From the IMG/VR virus record IMGVR_UViG_3300049617_000207, positions 32,015 to 96,014 of that record: DNA of 64,000 nucleotides; one strand, 5' to 3'. The notes beneath the pieces were generated by a model. It had not been told where the DNA came from. It was given only the letters and a program-made list of their open reading frames with translations, and ran no database searches. Positions within the stretch are counted from its first letter, which is position 1. Each line of letters begins with the position of its first letter. This document shows, in pieces, positions 19,022-27,633 of this stretch. The DNA comes from a virus. The translations under genes were made by a program, and so were the position numbers.

Positions 19022-19383
19022 GTCGGGACACCGTCGCGACGGATCGGCCAGGGCCGATGCGGCAGGCCCTTCCAGGACGCGGGCGGCCACGTCGCACGCT
19101 CGTCGTCGTAGGCGGCGAAGGCGAGCCGCGGCGGCGGGCCAGGATCGCGCGGCGGATCGGCGTTGACCGCCTCCCATCGCGCCTGCTGCTCGATGTCGCG
19201 CGGATCGTACGAGTCGTGCCAAACCACAAACCCGCAGTCGAGGTGCCGGTAGCGAAAGCAACACCGCAGCCCTTGGCCGTCCCGTCCGTCCATGTCGACG
19301 ACGCGGCGCCGGTAGCAGTCGGGGCAGCGCGTGTACGCGGGGCGCGGCCACGGAATCGAGGTCTTCGCGCGCGGCTCGCTCAC
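19018..19383 (-). CDS. hypothetical zinc-ribbon protein
   Basis: CPDC...CC...CGF; GTGA coupling. Confidence 0.5.
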   Translation of the reverse strand: MSEPRAKTSIPWPRPAYTRCPDCYRRRVVDMDGRDGQGLRCCFRYRHLDCGFVVWHDSYDPRDIEQQARWEAVNADPPRDPGPPPRLAFAAYDDERATWPPASWKGLPHRPWPIRRDGVPT

Positions 19384-19730
19384 CCGCGCGGCTCCATGCT
19401 CTCTTCGACCTTCTCGTTGAACCAGGCAAGCGCCACGCGCGCGGCAGCCAAGAGGGCGCCGTCGCCGTCGTTGGGGGCGTCGCCGCTCTGCGTGTAGCTC
19501 CCGAGGTCGGCGCGCCACGAAATGATCCGCGGGTTGTGGCGCTGCACCCACACCTCAATGCCGATGTCGCCGACCTCGATGTTGGTCGCGAGGAGGGCGC
19601 CGGGCCGGGCGAACCATTCGAGCTTGCAGGCGCACGAGCAGCCGAAGTAGCGGCCGTGGTTGCACATCGACTCGTGGAAGTCGAGGTCGGCCACGGGCAC
19701 GAGGGTCATGGGCGCGGTCGGCGCGGTCAT
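19380..19730 (-). CDS. hypothetical protein
   Basis: Coupled at both ends; Cys-rich N-terminus. Confidence 0.55.
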   Translation of the reverse strand: MTAPTAPMTLVPVADLDFHESMCNHGRYFGCSCACKLEWFARPGALLATNIEVGDIGIEVWVQRHNPRIISWRADLGSYTQSGDAPNDGDGALLAAARVALAWFNEKVEESMEPRG

Positions 19731-20140
19731 GCCGACACCGTGCGGCCCAGGCGCGCGGCGGCGGTGGCAGCCTGCTTGCGGAAGTGCTCGCGATGTTGGG
19801 CGGCGTGACGGTCGGCGTCTTCGCGTGTCGGGCACGGCGAGTTTGCTTGCACGCCGTTGATCGAGACGAAGAAGACGGTGCCGCAATCGTACCAGGGGAC
19901 TTCGACGACCATGACCGAGCGAAAGAAGCGCCCGAGCATGAGGTCGACGCAGTCCGCGCACACGTACTTCGCGGGCACGTCGCGCAGAGTCTCCGACGCC
20001 CATCCGTCGGCGTTGCCGCTCTCGCCGCAGAGCGGCAGGCGGATGCGGTCGCTCGGCACGGTGAGGTGGCGGGTCGGGCTGCTCCGGCGGTTCGTCTTGA
20101 GGGTCTCGGTCATCGGGTCGATGCCGTCGATTTTTGCCAT
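19727..20140 (-). CDS. hypothetical protein
   Basis: AAAGGA RBS; H..LCG..CxxC. Confidence 0.6.
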   Translation of the reverse strand: MAKIDGIDPMTETLKTNRRSSPTRHLTVPSDRIRLPLCGESGNADGWASETLRDVPAKYVCADCVDLMLGRFFRSVMVVEVPWYDCGTVFFVSINGVQANSPCPTREDADRHAAQHREHFRKQAATAAARLGRTVSA

Positions 20141-20190
20141 GTGGGTCGTGTCCTTTGGGCGCATCTCGCGCCCGGTGTCGGGGTGCCTTC

Positions 20191-20234
20191 ATGCTACGCT
20201 TTGCGCGCTGGAAAGTCAAGCGCATCGGGGCACC
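20191..20234 (-). promoter_or_regulatory. repeated promoter copy 4
   Basis: GGTGCCCC-N7-TTGACT-N17-TAGCAT. Confidence 0.85.
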
Positions 20235-20267
20235 TCTCCGTCACTCGTCGCATACGAGGGCACGAGG

Positions 20268-20303
20268 GGAAAAGAAGAAGAGGCGATGGTGAGTCGCCTC
20301 TTC
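20268..20303 (-). terminator. intrinsic terminator
   Basis: GAAGAGGCGA/TCGCCTCTTC stem followed by TTCTTTT on the minus strand. Confidence 0.65.
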
Positions 20304-20483
20304 GGGGGTGGGATCGGGCCGCCTGGCCCGGTTAGAAGACGTCGGTGTCGAGCGCCCGGCGCGCGTCCGCGTAGGCCGCGAACGCGACCTCGGCGCCGCG
20401 CGCCTCGCGGCAGAATCGCTCGCCGCTCTTGGGATCGTAGGCGTGGCCGCAAGCCGGGAAGGTCGGGCACTCGTACGCGTACC

Positions 20484-20508
20484 ATGATACGCCCTGCGCG
20501 CTGGAAAG

Positions 20509-20525
<17 letters not shown>
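20484..20525 (-). promoter_or_regulatory. repeated promoter copy 5
   Basis: GTGCCCC-N6-TTGACT-N17-TATCAT. Confidence 0.85.
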
Positions 20526-21222
<697 letters not shown>

Positions 21223-21226
<4 letters not shown>

Positions 21227-21438
21227 GGCGCCCGCTTGAGGTAGTCGAAGACGCCTTGCCGGGCGAGGTCGCTGTAGCGTTGCGTGCCGAACATCGGCCG
21301 CCCGCACGCCGAGCACGCGTACCATCCGACGTGCTCCGGCGCCCCCGGCCGCAGGAGCGTGAAGCCAAGCGGCGCCTCATCGACACGCGCCACCGGCAGC
21401 ACGTGGCGCCCGAAGAGACAACGCACGGCCTGCAGCAC
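21223..21438 (-). CDS. hypothetical zinc-finger microprotein
   Basis: CLFGRH...CSACG; coupled at both ends. Confidence 0.55.
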
Positions 21439-21701
21439 TACGGGTCCTCCTCGCTGCGGAACGCGCGGTCGGCGCCGTCCTCATCGTCGGGGTCGACGGG
21501 CTCGATCCCGTAGCCGACGATAGTGCCGCGCGTGGCGTGCTGCGGGATCATCCGCTTGAGCTTGGCCTCGGCCTCCGTGAACGGCATCTCCGTCGAGAGC
21601 ACCGCTGCAACGCGGACCTGCGCGCCTTGGAGGTCGTCGCCGCGGCCGAGATAGACGACGAAGAGCCGGTAGAGGTGCGTCGTCTCGTCGGGCGCGCTCA
21701 C
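21438..21701 (-). CDS. hypothetical protein
   Basis: GTG start overlaps the TGA of the displaced gene end. Confidence 0.6.
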   Translation of the reverse strand: MSAPDETTHLYRLFVVYLGRGDDLQGAQVRVAAVLSTEMPFTEAEAKLKRMIPQHATRGTIVGYGIEPVDPDDEDGADRAFRSEEDP

Positions 21702-21790
21702 TTACGCACCGGCCGCGGCGCGCCTGGCGCATAGCCCCCGGCGAGCACCTCGCGCAGTTGCGCGATAGCCGTGGCGCCCGTGATGTGCTT
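21698..21790 (-). pseudogene. displaced original 3' end of the 23056-23340 gene; its 5' part is the predicted TnpB guide
   Basis: Translates KHITGATAIAQLREVLAGGYAPGAPRPVRK*, versus EHISGSVAISQLRDVLSGGYAPGAPRPRR* at 23056-23145. Confidence 0.9.
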
Positions 21791-21900
21791 TCGATGTGTG
21801 CGTCCTTTAGGCAGCATTTTCACGCCTCCCGAGCCGGGTGCCCCCCGGCGATAACTCACTTAAAAGCGCCAACTGCGCTCGCCCTAGGATATTCCGCGCG
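21770..21900 (-). ncRNA. predicted TnpB omegaRNA (reRNA) scaffold plus guide; boundaries approximate
   Basis: Overlaps the tnpB 3' end as established for TnpB; stems AGCGC/GCGCT, GCCGGG/CCCGGC, GGCGT-GAAA-ATGCT, GTGAGTT/GACGCAC. Confidence 0.65.
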
Positions 21901-23030
21901 GCGTTCACGTCGGCGTGGTCGCGATGACCACACGCTACGCAAACGAACCGCACGCCATCCCGATTCTCCGGCGCGACGTGCGCGCACTCGGCGCACGTCC
22001 GCGACGTATTCCTTGGATTCACGCTAACGACTACGCGAGCGGCACATGCTGCCTTCTCGCGGATTAACGTGACCAATGTTCCCCATGCAACATCCCCGAT
22101 GCTACGATTAAGGCTCGACTTCGCCGCGACGTTCGTGCCCGGCTTCTCGACTGTACCTCTCGCCGACCGCATCATGTTTCGCACGGTGAGAGCTTCGACC
22201 GCGATGCCGTCATACGCGTTCACGATCCGGCGCGAAAGTTTATGCAGCGCGTCACGTCGTGCGTTCGCCTCGCGCTCCCGAGCCCGCGCCAATCGTCCTA
22301 CCGCCGCCGCCCGCGCCGGGTCCTTCCAATTCACACAACGGCCCAGGCTGTCCGTTGCGGTACGCTTGGCGACAACGCGCGAGGCGACCGCCACGCGCTC
22401 CGCTCGCTTGGCGAGATGACGCGGATTCGTGACAAGTTCCCCGTCCGAAGTGGCGGCCAACACGGTCACGCCAACGTCAAGTCCGACGACGGCGCCGGTG
22501 CGCGGGAGCGGCTCAACCTCGCGGTTGCACTCGAATATCGCGTGCCAACGCCCATTCTTCTCGACCACGAAGGCACGACCGAACGCGGGAATGGGCCGCC
22601 CCTTCCGCATGGTGATCGTGCCAACGCCGGGGACTCGCACTTTCGTCTGCGCCGCGTTGAATTGGAAGTAGCGGTCGCCGTGCGAAACCTCGATTTGATT
22701 CCAGCGTGAGGCTGCACGATAGCGCGGGAACCCACGCCCCTTGCCTTCCTTAACCCGGCGGAAGAACGCCGCGAAGGCGAGGTCGAGCCGGTGGAGAACC
22801 GCGTCCTGGCACTCCCGATGAATCGCCTTTACGCCAGGATCGTCGGCCCGTAACGCGGTCAACTCTGCAGACTGCATCTTTACGGACACCGTAACGCGGC
22901 GCATCCGGTACGCGTCTTTTCGCTCTTGCAGCGCCGCGTTGTAAAGATTCCTAGTGGCGTGCAGGACGTGCCAAAGTCTTCGCTCCTGTGAAGCGGACGG
23001 GTATAAGCGAACCTTGTGCATCCAGCGCAT
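21807..23030 (-). CDS. tnpB: RNA-guided endonuclease TnpB (IS200/IS605 family), 407 aa
   Basis: N-terminal KVRLYP...YNAAL; RuvC-I GLDVG, RuvC-II AVEAL, Zn finger CAEC/CVAC, RuvC-III HADVNAARNI; D-E-D triad intact. Confidence 0.96.
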   Translation of the reverse strand: MRWMHKVRLYPSASQERRLWHVLHATRNLYNAALQERKDAYRMRRVTVSVKMQSAELTALRADDPGVKAIHRECQDAVLHRLDLAFAAFFRRVKEGKGRGFPRYRAASRWNQIEVSHGDRYFQFNAAQTKVRVPGVGTITMRKGRPIPAFGRAFVVEKNGRWHAIFECNREVEPLPRTGAVVGLDVGVTVLAATSDGELVTNPRHLAKRAERVAVASRVVAKRTATDSLGRCVNWKDPARAAAVGRLARAREREANARRDALHKLSRRIVNAYDGIAVEALTVRNMMRSARGTVEKPGTNVAAKSSLNRSIGDVAWGTLVTLIREKAACAARVVVSVNPRNTSRTCAECAHVAPENRDGVRFVCVACGHRDHADVNAARNILGRAQLALLSELSPGGTRLGRRENAA

Positions 23031-23044
23031 ATTCTCTACCACTA

Positions 23045-23053
23045 AGTATAACA
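23045..23053 (-). promoter_or_regulatory. extended -10 promoter of tnpB
   Basis: TGTTATACT, 14 nt upstream of the ATG. Confidence 0.55.
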
Positions 23054-23055
23054 CA

Positions 23056-23340
23056 CTAGCGTCGCGGGCGGGGGGCGCCAGGTGCGTAGCCGCCCGACAG
23101 GACATCTCGTAACTGCGAGATGGCGACCGAGCCGGAAATGTGCTCGGGCATCCGCTGCCAATGCGTCACGAGGAGCTTCGCCTGCTCGACGATCCGCGCG
23201 TCGGCCTGCGAGAAGAGCATCGTGTCGAGCCCGGCGAGGATCGCCCCGCGAAGCTCCGGCTGCTGAATCCGCTCCGCGACCGTGCGCGCCGTAGCAATCG
23301 CCTGCTGCGCCGGGGTCGGCTCGACCGTCATCTTACTCAT
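23056..23340 (-). CDS. hypothetical 94-aa protein with an element-supplied recoded C-terminus
   Basis: Intact ORF; the last ~28 codons include TTA, CGA, ATT, GCA and CCT, unlike the rest of the gene. Confidence 0.8.
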   Translation of the reverse strand: MSKMTVEPTPAQQAIATARTVAERIQQPELRGAILAGLDTMLFSQADARIVEQAKLLVTHWQRMPEHISGSVAISQLRDVLSGGYAPGAPRPRR

Positions 23341-23381
23341 GGGCGCCGCTTCGCGTCTCGCGTACGCCGTCCCTACGGCCA

Positions 23382-23425
23382 GGGCACCCCGTTACGTTGT
23401 TTTTCGCGCGACGGCGTGGTATGCT
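23382..23425 (+). promoter_or_regulatory. promoter-family variant upstream of ssb
   Basis: GGGCACCC box, TTGTTT-N17(CGCGCG)-TATGCT. Confidence 0.6.
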
Positions 23426-23451
23426 AGAGGCCACCAAGGAGGGCAAGTCTG

Positions 23452-23883
23452 TTGCCTAGTTTCAACCACATAACGCTCGTGGGCAATCTCACGCGCGACC
23501 CCGAGATTCGCTACGTCGACGGCGGCGGCAAAGCCGTTACCAAGTTTTCGCTTGCCATAAATCGCAAGACCAAGGGCGCCGACGAAACCATGTTTATCGA
23601 CATCGTCGCATGGGATCGCCTGGGCGAAGTCTGCAATCAGTATCTCAAGAAGGGCGACCCCGCGCTCATCTCTGGACGCCTCGCCATTCGCAAGTACGAC
23701 GACAAGGATGGCAATAAACGCACGGCCGTCGAGGTCGTCGCAAGCGACATGCAGATGCTCGGAACCAAACGCGATGCCGCGGCACCGGCACCGGCACGTA
23801 GCGGCGCAGGCGGCGGATACGCACCGGCGAGCGGCGGCCGCACGGAAGAGGAAGAGGATGCTTTCGACGACATTCCCTTCTAG
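23452..23883 (+). CDS. ssb: single-stranded DNA-binding protein
   Basis: NHITLVGNLTRDPEIRY, YLKKG, acidic tail DDIPF. Confidence 0.96.
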   Translation: MPSFNHITLVGNLTRDPEIRYVDGGGKAVTKFSLAINRKTKGADETMFIDIVAWDRLGEVCNQYLKKGDPALISGRLAIRKYDDKDGNKRTAVEVVASDMQMLGTKRDAAAPAPARSGAGGGYAPASGGRTEEEEDAFDDIPF

Positions 23884-23914
23884 CGCGCTGAAAAGCCCAA
23901 GGAGGGGCGCACCG

Positions 23915-24430
23915 ATGCAACCGCTAACCGAAAACCCTATGCCGACCAAAGTGCGCGTGAGCGCCGAACCGAAGTTTACCCAATGGTTATGGTTCCAGCG
24001 AGACCGCTCGGACTCCGTGGGCCGCGTCGCACGCTTTGCGTTCGCCGACGTCGGCCCCGGCGGGCGCGAGCGCCCCTGCTGGCCGCACGCCTCCAAGACC
24101 GTCGGGCACTTCGTCATGCACCTGCGCACCGAGCACCCGAAGGACCCCGACGCGCCGACCGAGATAGTCGTGCGCGACGCGTTCTCGGAGTTTCGCGAGT
24201 TCCTCGCCTCGGGCGGGAAGGTCCCCTTGCGACACGGCGGCGTCCGCGCGACCGTCGCCAACGTCAACCGGCACCGCGGGTACGTGCTCCCCGGCGATAC
24301 CATCGAAAAGATCAAAGAGCTTGCCGAGCACGGCGACGTGAAGCAAGGCAAGCTTCTTGAGCGGCTCGTGGCCGCCGAGCACCGGCGGGTCTTCGGCAAG
24401 CCGAAACCAAGCGAGGCCGTGCCGTCTTGA
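23915..24430 (+). CDS. YozE-like SAM domain plus C-terminal RHH-like protein
   Basis: FTQWL..QRDRSDSVGRVARFAFAD...WP pattern. Confidence 0.5.
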   Translation: MQPLTENPMPTKVRVSAEPKFTQWLWFQRDRSDSVGRVARFAFADVGPGGRERPCWPHASKTVGHFVMHLRTEHPKDPDAPTEIVVRDAFSEFREFLASGGKVPLRHGGVRATVANVNRHRGYVLPGDTIEKIKELAEHGDVKQGKLLERLVAAEHRRVFGKPKPSEAVPS

Positions 24431-24455
24431 CCTTTTCTGCGCGCTAAAGTAGTAT
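24427..24455 (+). promoter_or_regulatory. promoter-family variant
   Basis: TTGACC-N17(GCGCGC)-TAGTAT. Confidence 0.65.
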
Positions 24456-24465
24456 GAAGGATATT

Positions 24466-24720
24466 ATGCCATCCCCAAAGCGAATCGCCTCCGGCGTGAT
24501 GGGCCGCCCTCGGACTCCCGAGACCGAGCGGCTCGTCGCGTACGGCCTGCACATCACGCCCGACAAGAAGAAGAAGCTCGTCGAGGTGAAGGACTTCGAG
24601 GGCGTCTCCATCCGCGAATGGATCGAGACGCAGATCGAACGCGCCTGGGTGAGCATGCAAGAACGCAAAGCCGAAGAGCGCGCCGACAAGAAGCTCGGCC
24701 GCCAACGGATCGCAAGCTAA
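24466..24720 (+). CDS. small DNA-binding protein (RHH-like)
   Basis: MGRP motif, GVSIREWI helix. Confidence 0.55.
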   Translation: MPSPKRIASGVMGRPRTPETERLVAYGLHITPDKKKKLVEVKDFEGVSIREWIETQIERAWVSMQERKAEERADKKLGRQRIAS

Positions 24721-24729
24721 AGAAGCCCC

Positions 24730-24951
24730 GTGCGCGCGAAGAAGCCCGCGCCTTCGGTGCCCACTCCCGCCCCGCCGCCGGTCCCTCCACCGACGTGGCG
24801 CGAGCGAATCGCAACGGTCGCGAACGGCATCGGCCGAGCCCTAGCGTATCGCGAAGCCCTCAAGGGAAGCCTGCCGACCTTTCGGGTGGGGCGCCGCCTA
24901 CTCGTCGGGGTCGCAGCCCTCGAACGTCTTCTCGGCGAGGCTATTGATTGA
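24730..24951 (+). CDS. excisionase-like HTH protein
   Basis: GIGRALAYR...G.LPTFRVGRRLLV...LERLL. Confidence 0.65.
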   Translation: MRAKKPAPSVPTPAPPPVPPPTWRERIATVANGIGRALAYREALKGSLPTFRVGRRLLVGVAALERLLGEAID

Positions 24952-24955
24952 CAGC

Positions 24956-24997
24956 AAAAGAGCAGCGACCCCGCGGGATGTGAGACCGCGGGGCCGC
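24956..24997 (-). terminator. terminator-like hairpin
   Basis: 12-bp stem 24965-24976/24986-24997 followed by CTTTT on the minus strand. Confidence 0.55.
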
Positions 24998-25116
24998 CCG
25001 CTATCCCCTCGGGTCTGCCGTGTGCCCCGAGGGCGAAGAGGCTCCCCCAATGCGGTGCCTACGGACACACGGGAGAAGCGCCTTCGTACGCGGCTCCTGT
25101 CGCACGCCGCGGCCCC

Positions 25117-25833
25117 CTAGACTTCCGGCATGATCCGCGGGTGTCCTAGCGCGTCAGAAAAGTGGTTACAGAAGCACGCGACCGCCCGCGCGAACGTCCC
25201 CGAGGCAGCCGCGCCGGGATCGGGCAGCCCGAGCCGCTCGTACGCCCCCGCGGCGAGTGCGTAGCGGTTGAGCGACTGCGGCACCTCCGAGCCTTTCACG
25301 AGCGCGTCGGCCGCGGTAAGTAGCTCGGCGTACGTCGCGCAAAAGAGCGGCACGGAGTAGTGCGGATCGGCGAGCTTCTCGGCCCGCTGCGGCCACGTGA
25401 GCGCCGCCATGCCGGGCAGCGCGACCACGGTCGCCCCCGGCACCTGGCCCGGTCCCCAATCGGTGCCCTCGGGCGTCTGCGTCGGGTTCGTGTCGAGATA
25501 GTGCCCATTGCGGCAGGCGAGCGAAAACCGGCTCTCCGCGCACATCGCCGCGGCCAAGAAGTCGACCGGCACCCGGTACTCCGCCGCCCCGGCGGTTAGC
25601 TCGGCCGCGATAGCCTCGACCTCCATGCTATTGGGGGGGATCATGAGCACGCCGCGGATCGGCACGTCGAGGTGCAGCACGTGCGCGACGATGATTCCCT
25701 GTAGCGTCGCGTTCTTTACCGGCATCGGGCCGGACTGAAAGCCGTCGCGATGCCCGAACGCACGCTCAAGCTCGGCGACGACGTCGGCGATTCCCTGCGA
25801 GCCGGTCGTGGTGAGGATGATGGGCGAGGTCAT
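25117..25833 (-). CDS. lytic transglycosylase / lysozyme-like protein
   Basis: AAEYRVPVDFLAAAMCAESRF, GPGQV, LADPHYS, ALAAGAY. Confidence 0.7.
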   Translation of the reverse strand: MTSPIILTTTGSQGIADVVAELERAFGHRDGFQSGPMPVKNATLQGIIVAHVLHLDVPIRGVLMIPPNSMEVEAIAAELTAGAAEYRVPVDFLAAAMCAESRFSLACRNGHYLDTNPTQTPEGTDWGPGQVPGATVVALPGMAALTWPQRAEKLADPHYSVPLFCATYAELLTAADALVKGSEVPQSLNRYALAAGAYERLGLPDPGAAASGTFARAVACFCNHFSDALGHPRIMPEV

Positions 25834-26516
25834 GAAGCGAGACTCCCGATAGGCTTGGCGTGCTCGGCGTCGGCGGCGAAGGCCGCCTCCGCGTCGACGC
25901 CGGAGAGGTATTCAACAGCGAGGTACTCCAACGCTTGCGCGTCGGCGTTCTTGGCCCCGACTAGCTCGTGCTCGGTCAACAGCACGTCGAGCGCGCGCCG
26001 GACGATGTCGTATTGGCCTTGAAACAGCGTGAACGTGAGCTTCACCGGCGGCGCTTCGGTCGGCTCCGGCGCCATCACGCGCTCCATCGCGGCAACGACG
26101 TCGGCGTCCGCGCGCATGAGCAGTTGGAGGTCCTCGATTTGACTCTGCGACTCCGGCAGCATGAGCGCGAGACTCTTGGCGTCCACGCCCGCACGTAGTA
26201 TTTCATCGACAAGCTCGGCGCGCTTGCGCGGATCGTCGTTGCCGCGCAGGCGATTGAGCGAGGCGAGCGCGATGTCGGCTTCCTTCTCGGAGACATCCCA
26301 CACCTGACATTCACCTTCGGTGCGCCCGAGCTTCTGTAGCGCGAGCCGCCGGTGATGTCCGTCGAGCAGCATGTAACGGTCGCCGGTCGGCCGCACGATC
26401 ATCGCCGGGTAATGGCCCGTGCGTTTGATGTTCGCCACGAGCTTCTTAAAGTCGGCCGCCGCAAGGACATTCGCGTTGCGTGGGTTCGGGTCGAGCCGGT
26501 CGAGCCGGAGCATCAT
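25830..26516 (-). CDS. ParB/Srx N-terminal domain protein
   Basis: PNPRNAN, YMLLDGHHR, LNRLRG. Confidence 0.85.
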   Translation of the reverse strand: MMLRLDRLDPNPRNANVLAAADFKKLVANIKRTGHYPAMIVRPTGDRYMLLDGHHRRLALQKLGRTEGECQVWDVSEKEADIALASLNRLRGNDDPRKRAELVDEILRAGVDAKSLALMLPESQSQIEDLQLLMRADADVVAAMERVMAPEPTEAPPVKLTFTLFQGQYDIVRRALDVLLTEHELVGAKNADAQALEYLAVEYLSGVDAEAAFAADAEHAKPIGSLAS

Positions 26517-27343
26517 GTCCCGTCGCCCTCCCAATTCCGATTTCGCTGGAAGCCCGCGGCGCGTGGATGGCCGCCGCCGCCGTAGCTCTCTGCGATTTTG
26601 CTCACGTCGACGTCGCCGACGGATCGCAGCGAGAAGACGCGCCCTTTCTCCGTATCGAAATAGCAAGCCGCGAACGGCTCGCCCACGGCCATCGCGTTGC
26701 CTGCATCGCTAATGAGCGTGATCGGCAGGTTTGCGACCGGCACGTCGTATCCGCCGATGACCATGCGACGGCGCGTGATCGGCACGAGCATCGCGACATC
26801 CGCTAACTGCTTACGCTCTAACGAAACGCCCTCGCGCCGCAGCGATTCCACCGGGCGGCGCATTAGCTCATCCCACGTCGCGAAGTCCTGCGGATACGAC
26901 GAGAGGGCGGCGAAGATTTCGCGCGTGCCCGGCAACGCGAACCGCCACAAGTCGCGGTCCTCGATGTGGAGCAGTAACGGCGGAGGCGGCCCGGAGTGAA
27001 ACCACGACCACGCAAGGATGGCGCCGGAGTTTTCCATGCGGAAGACGGCCGCGGCTCCATCCCCTCCCCACTCGCCATGCGCGTCGGGAAGAAAGCACAA
27101 GTCCGCTTCGGCCGTCTTGTGATGATCGAGCACGAGCAGCGTCCGGCACGACGCGATCATCTTTTCGAGCACGGGCCGCGGGTACGAGAAGTCGACGATG
27201 ACGACGTCGCGGCCGGTAACGTCGGGCGGATCGAACCCGAAGACGCCGCCGACAAATTCGGTGTTTGCGTGCGCCGCGTGAACGGCCCAGGCCGCCGCGA
27301 AGCCGTCGAAGCACGGGCTATGGAAAATGCACAGGCGCCTCAA
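26513..27343 (-). CDS. DHH/DHHA1 phosphoesterase
   Basis: HSPCFDG, IVDFS, LDHHKT, SLRS, GGGGHPRAAGF. Confidence 0.9.
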   Translation of the reverse strand: MRRLCIFHSPCFDGFAAAWAVHAAHANTEFVGGVFGFDPPDVTGRDVVIVDFSYPRPVLEKMIASCRTLLVLDHHKTAEADLCFLPDAHGEWGGDGAAAVFRMENSGAILAWSWFHSGPPPPLLLHIEDRDLWRFALPGTREIFAALSSYPQDFATWDELMRRPVESLRREGVSLERKQLADVAMLVPITRRRMVIGGYDVPVANLPITLISDAGNAMAVGEPFAACYFDTEKGRVFSLRSVGDVDVSKIAESYGGGGHPRAAGFQRNRNWEGDGT

Positions 27344-27633
27344 ATGACGTCCTCCGCGCGCGTCACGAGCCCGTCGCCCTCCACGAGCATGACGTCGGAG
27401 AGGAACGTGCAGCGCAGCGCGCAGGATCGGCCGGTACGCATGTGCGTGCCCCACCGCCACTCTTCCCGGTTCACGACCGGCTGCAGCCTGCGCGCGCAGC
27501 GCGGGCAGCGTCCGCAGGCAATCAGGATCGCCCGGCGCAGGCGCAGCGCCGCGTGCCGCCGCACGAGCAGCCACGTGCGTAGCGCCCCGTGAGGCGGCAT
27601 CGCGACCTCGGTTAAGATCGGCGCGCCGGTCAC
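27340..27633 (-). CDS. hypothetical zinc-ribbon protein
   Basis: CPRC...C.L.C; coupled at both ends. Confidence 0.5.
   Translation of the reverse strand: MTGAPILTEVAMPPHGALRTWLLVRRHAALRLRRAILIACGRCPRCARRLQPVVNREEWRWGTHMRTGRSCALRCTFLSDVMLVEGDGLVTRAEDVI

Larger units (their letters stand above)
21790..23137 (-). mobile_element. transposase-less TnpB cassette carrying a recoded target-gene 3' end
   Basis: Bounded by a 7-nt repeat AGCACAT (21783-21789 and 23138-23144); excision restores an in-frame gene coupled to the next ORF. Confidence 0.85.

Noticed and set aside
21807-23030. TnpB as a nuclease-dead TldR-type repressor
   Set aside because: All three RuvC acidic residues (GLD, AVE, HAD) are present.
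21790-23137. IStron (group I intron plus TnpB)
   Set aside because: There is no space or core sequence for a group I intron; the gene is completed by a DNA-level replacement end with its own stop.
21698-23145. Diversity-generating retroelement TR/VR pair
   Set aside because: The differences are mostly at third codon positions, not adenine-specific, and no reverse transcriptase is present.
23452-23883. Host assignment from SSB (it recalls Eremiobacterota-type SSBs)
   Set aside because: An impression only; it needs BLAST or phylogeny and CRISPR-spacer matching.
24549-24558. 10-nt match (GCACATCACG) to the predicted TnpB guide
   Set aside because: Too short to distinguish from chance in 64 kb, and the adjacent sequence differs from the predicted target context.
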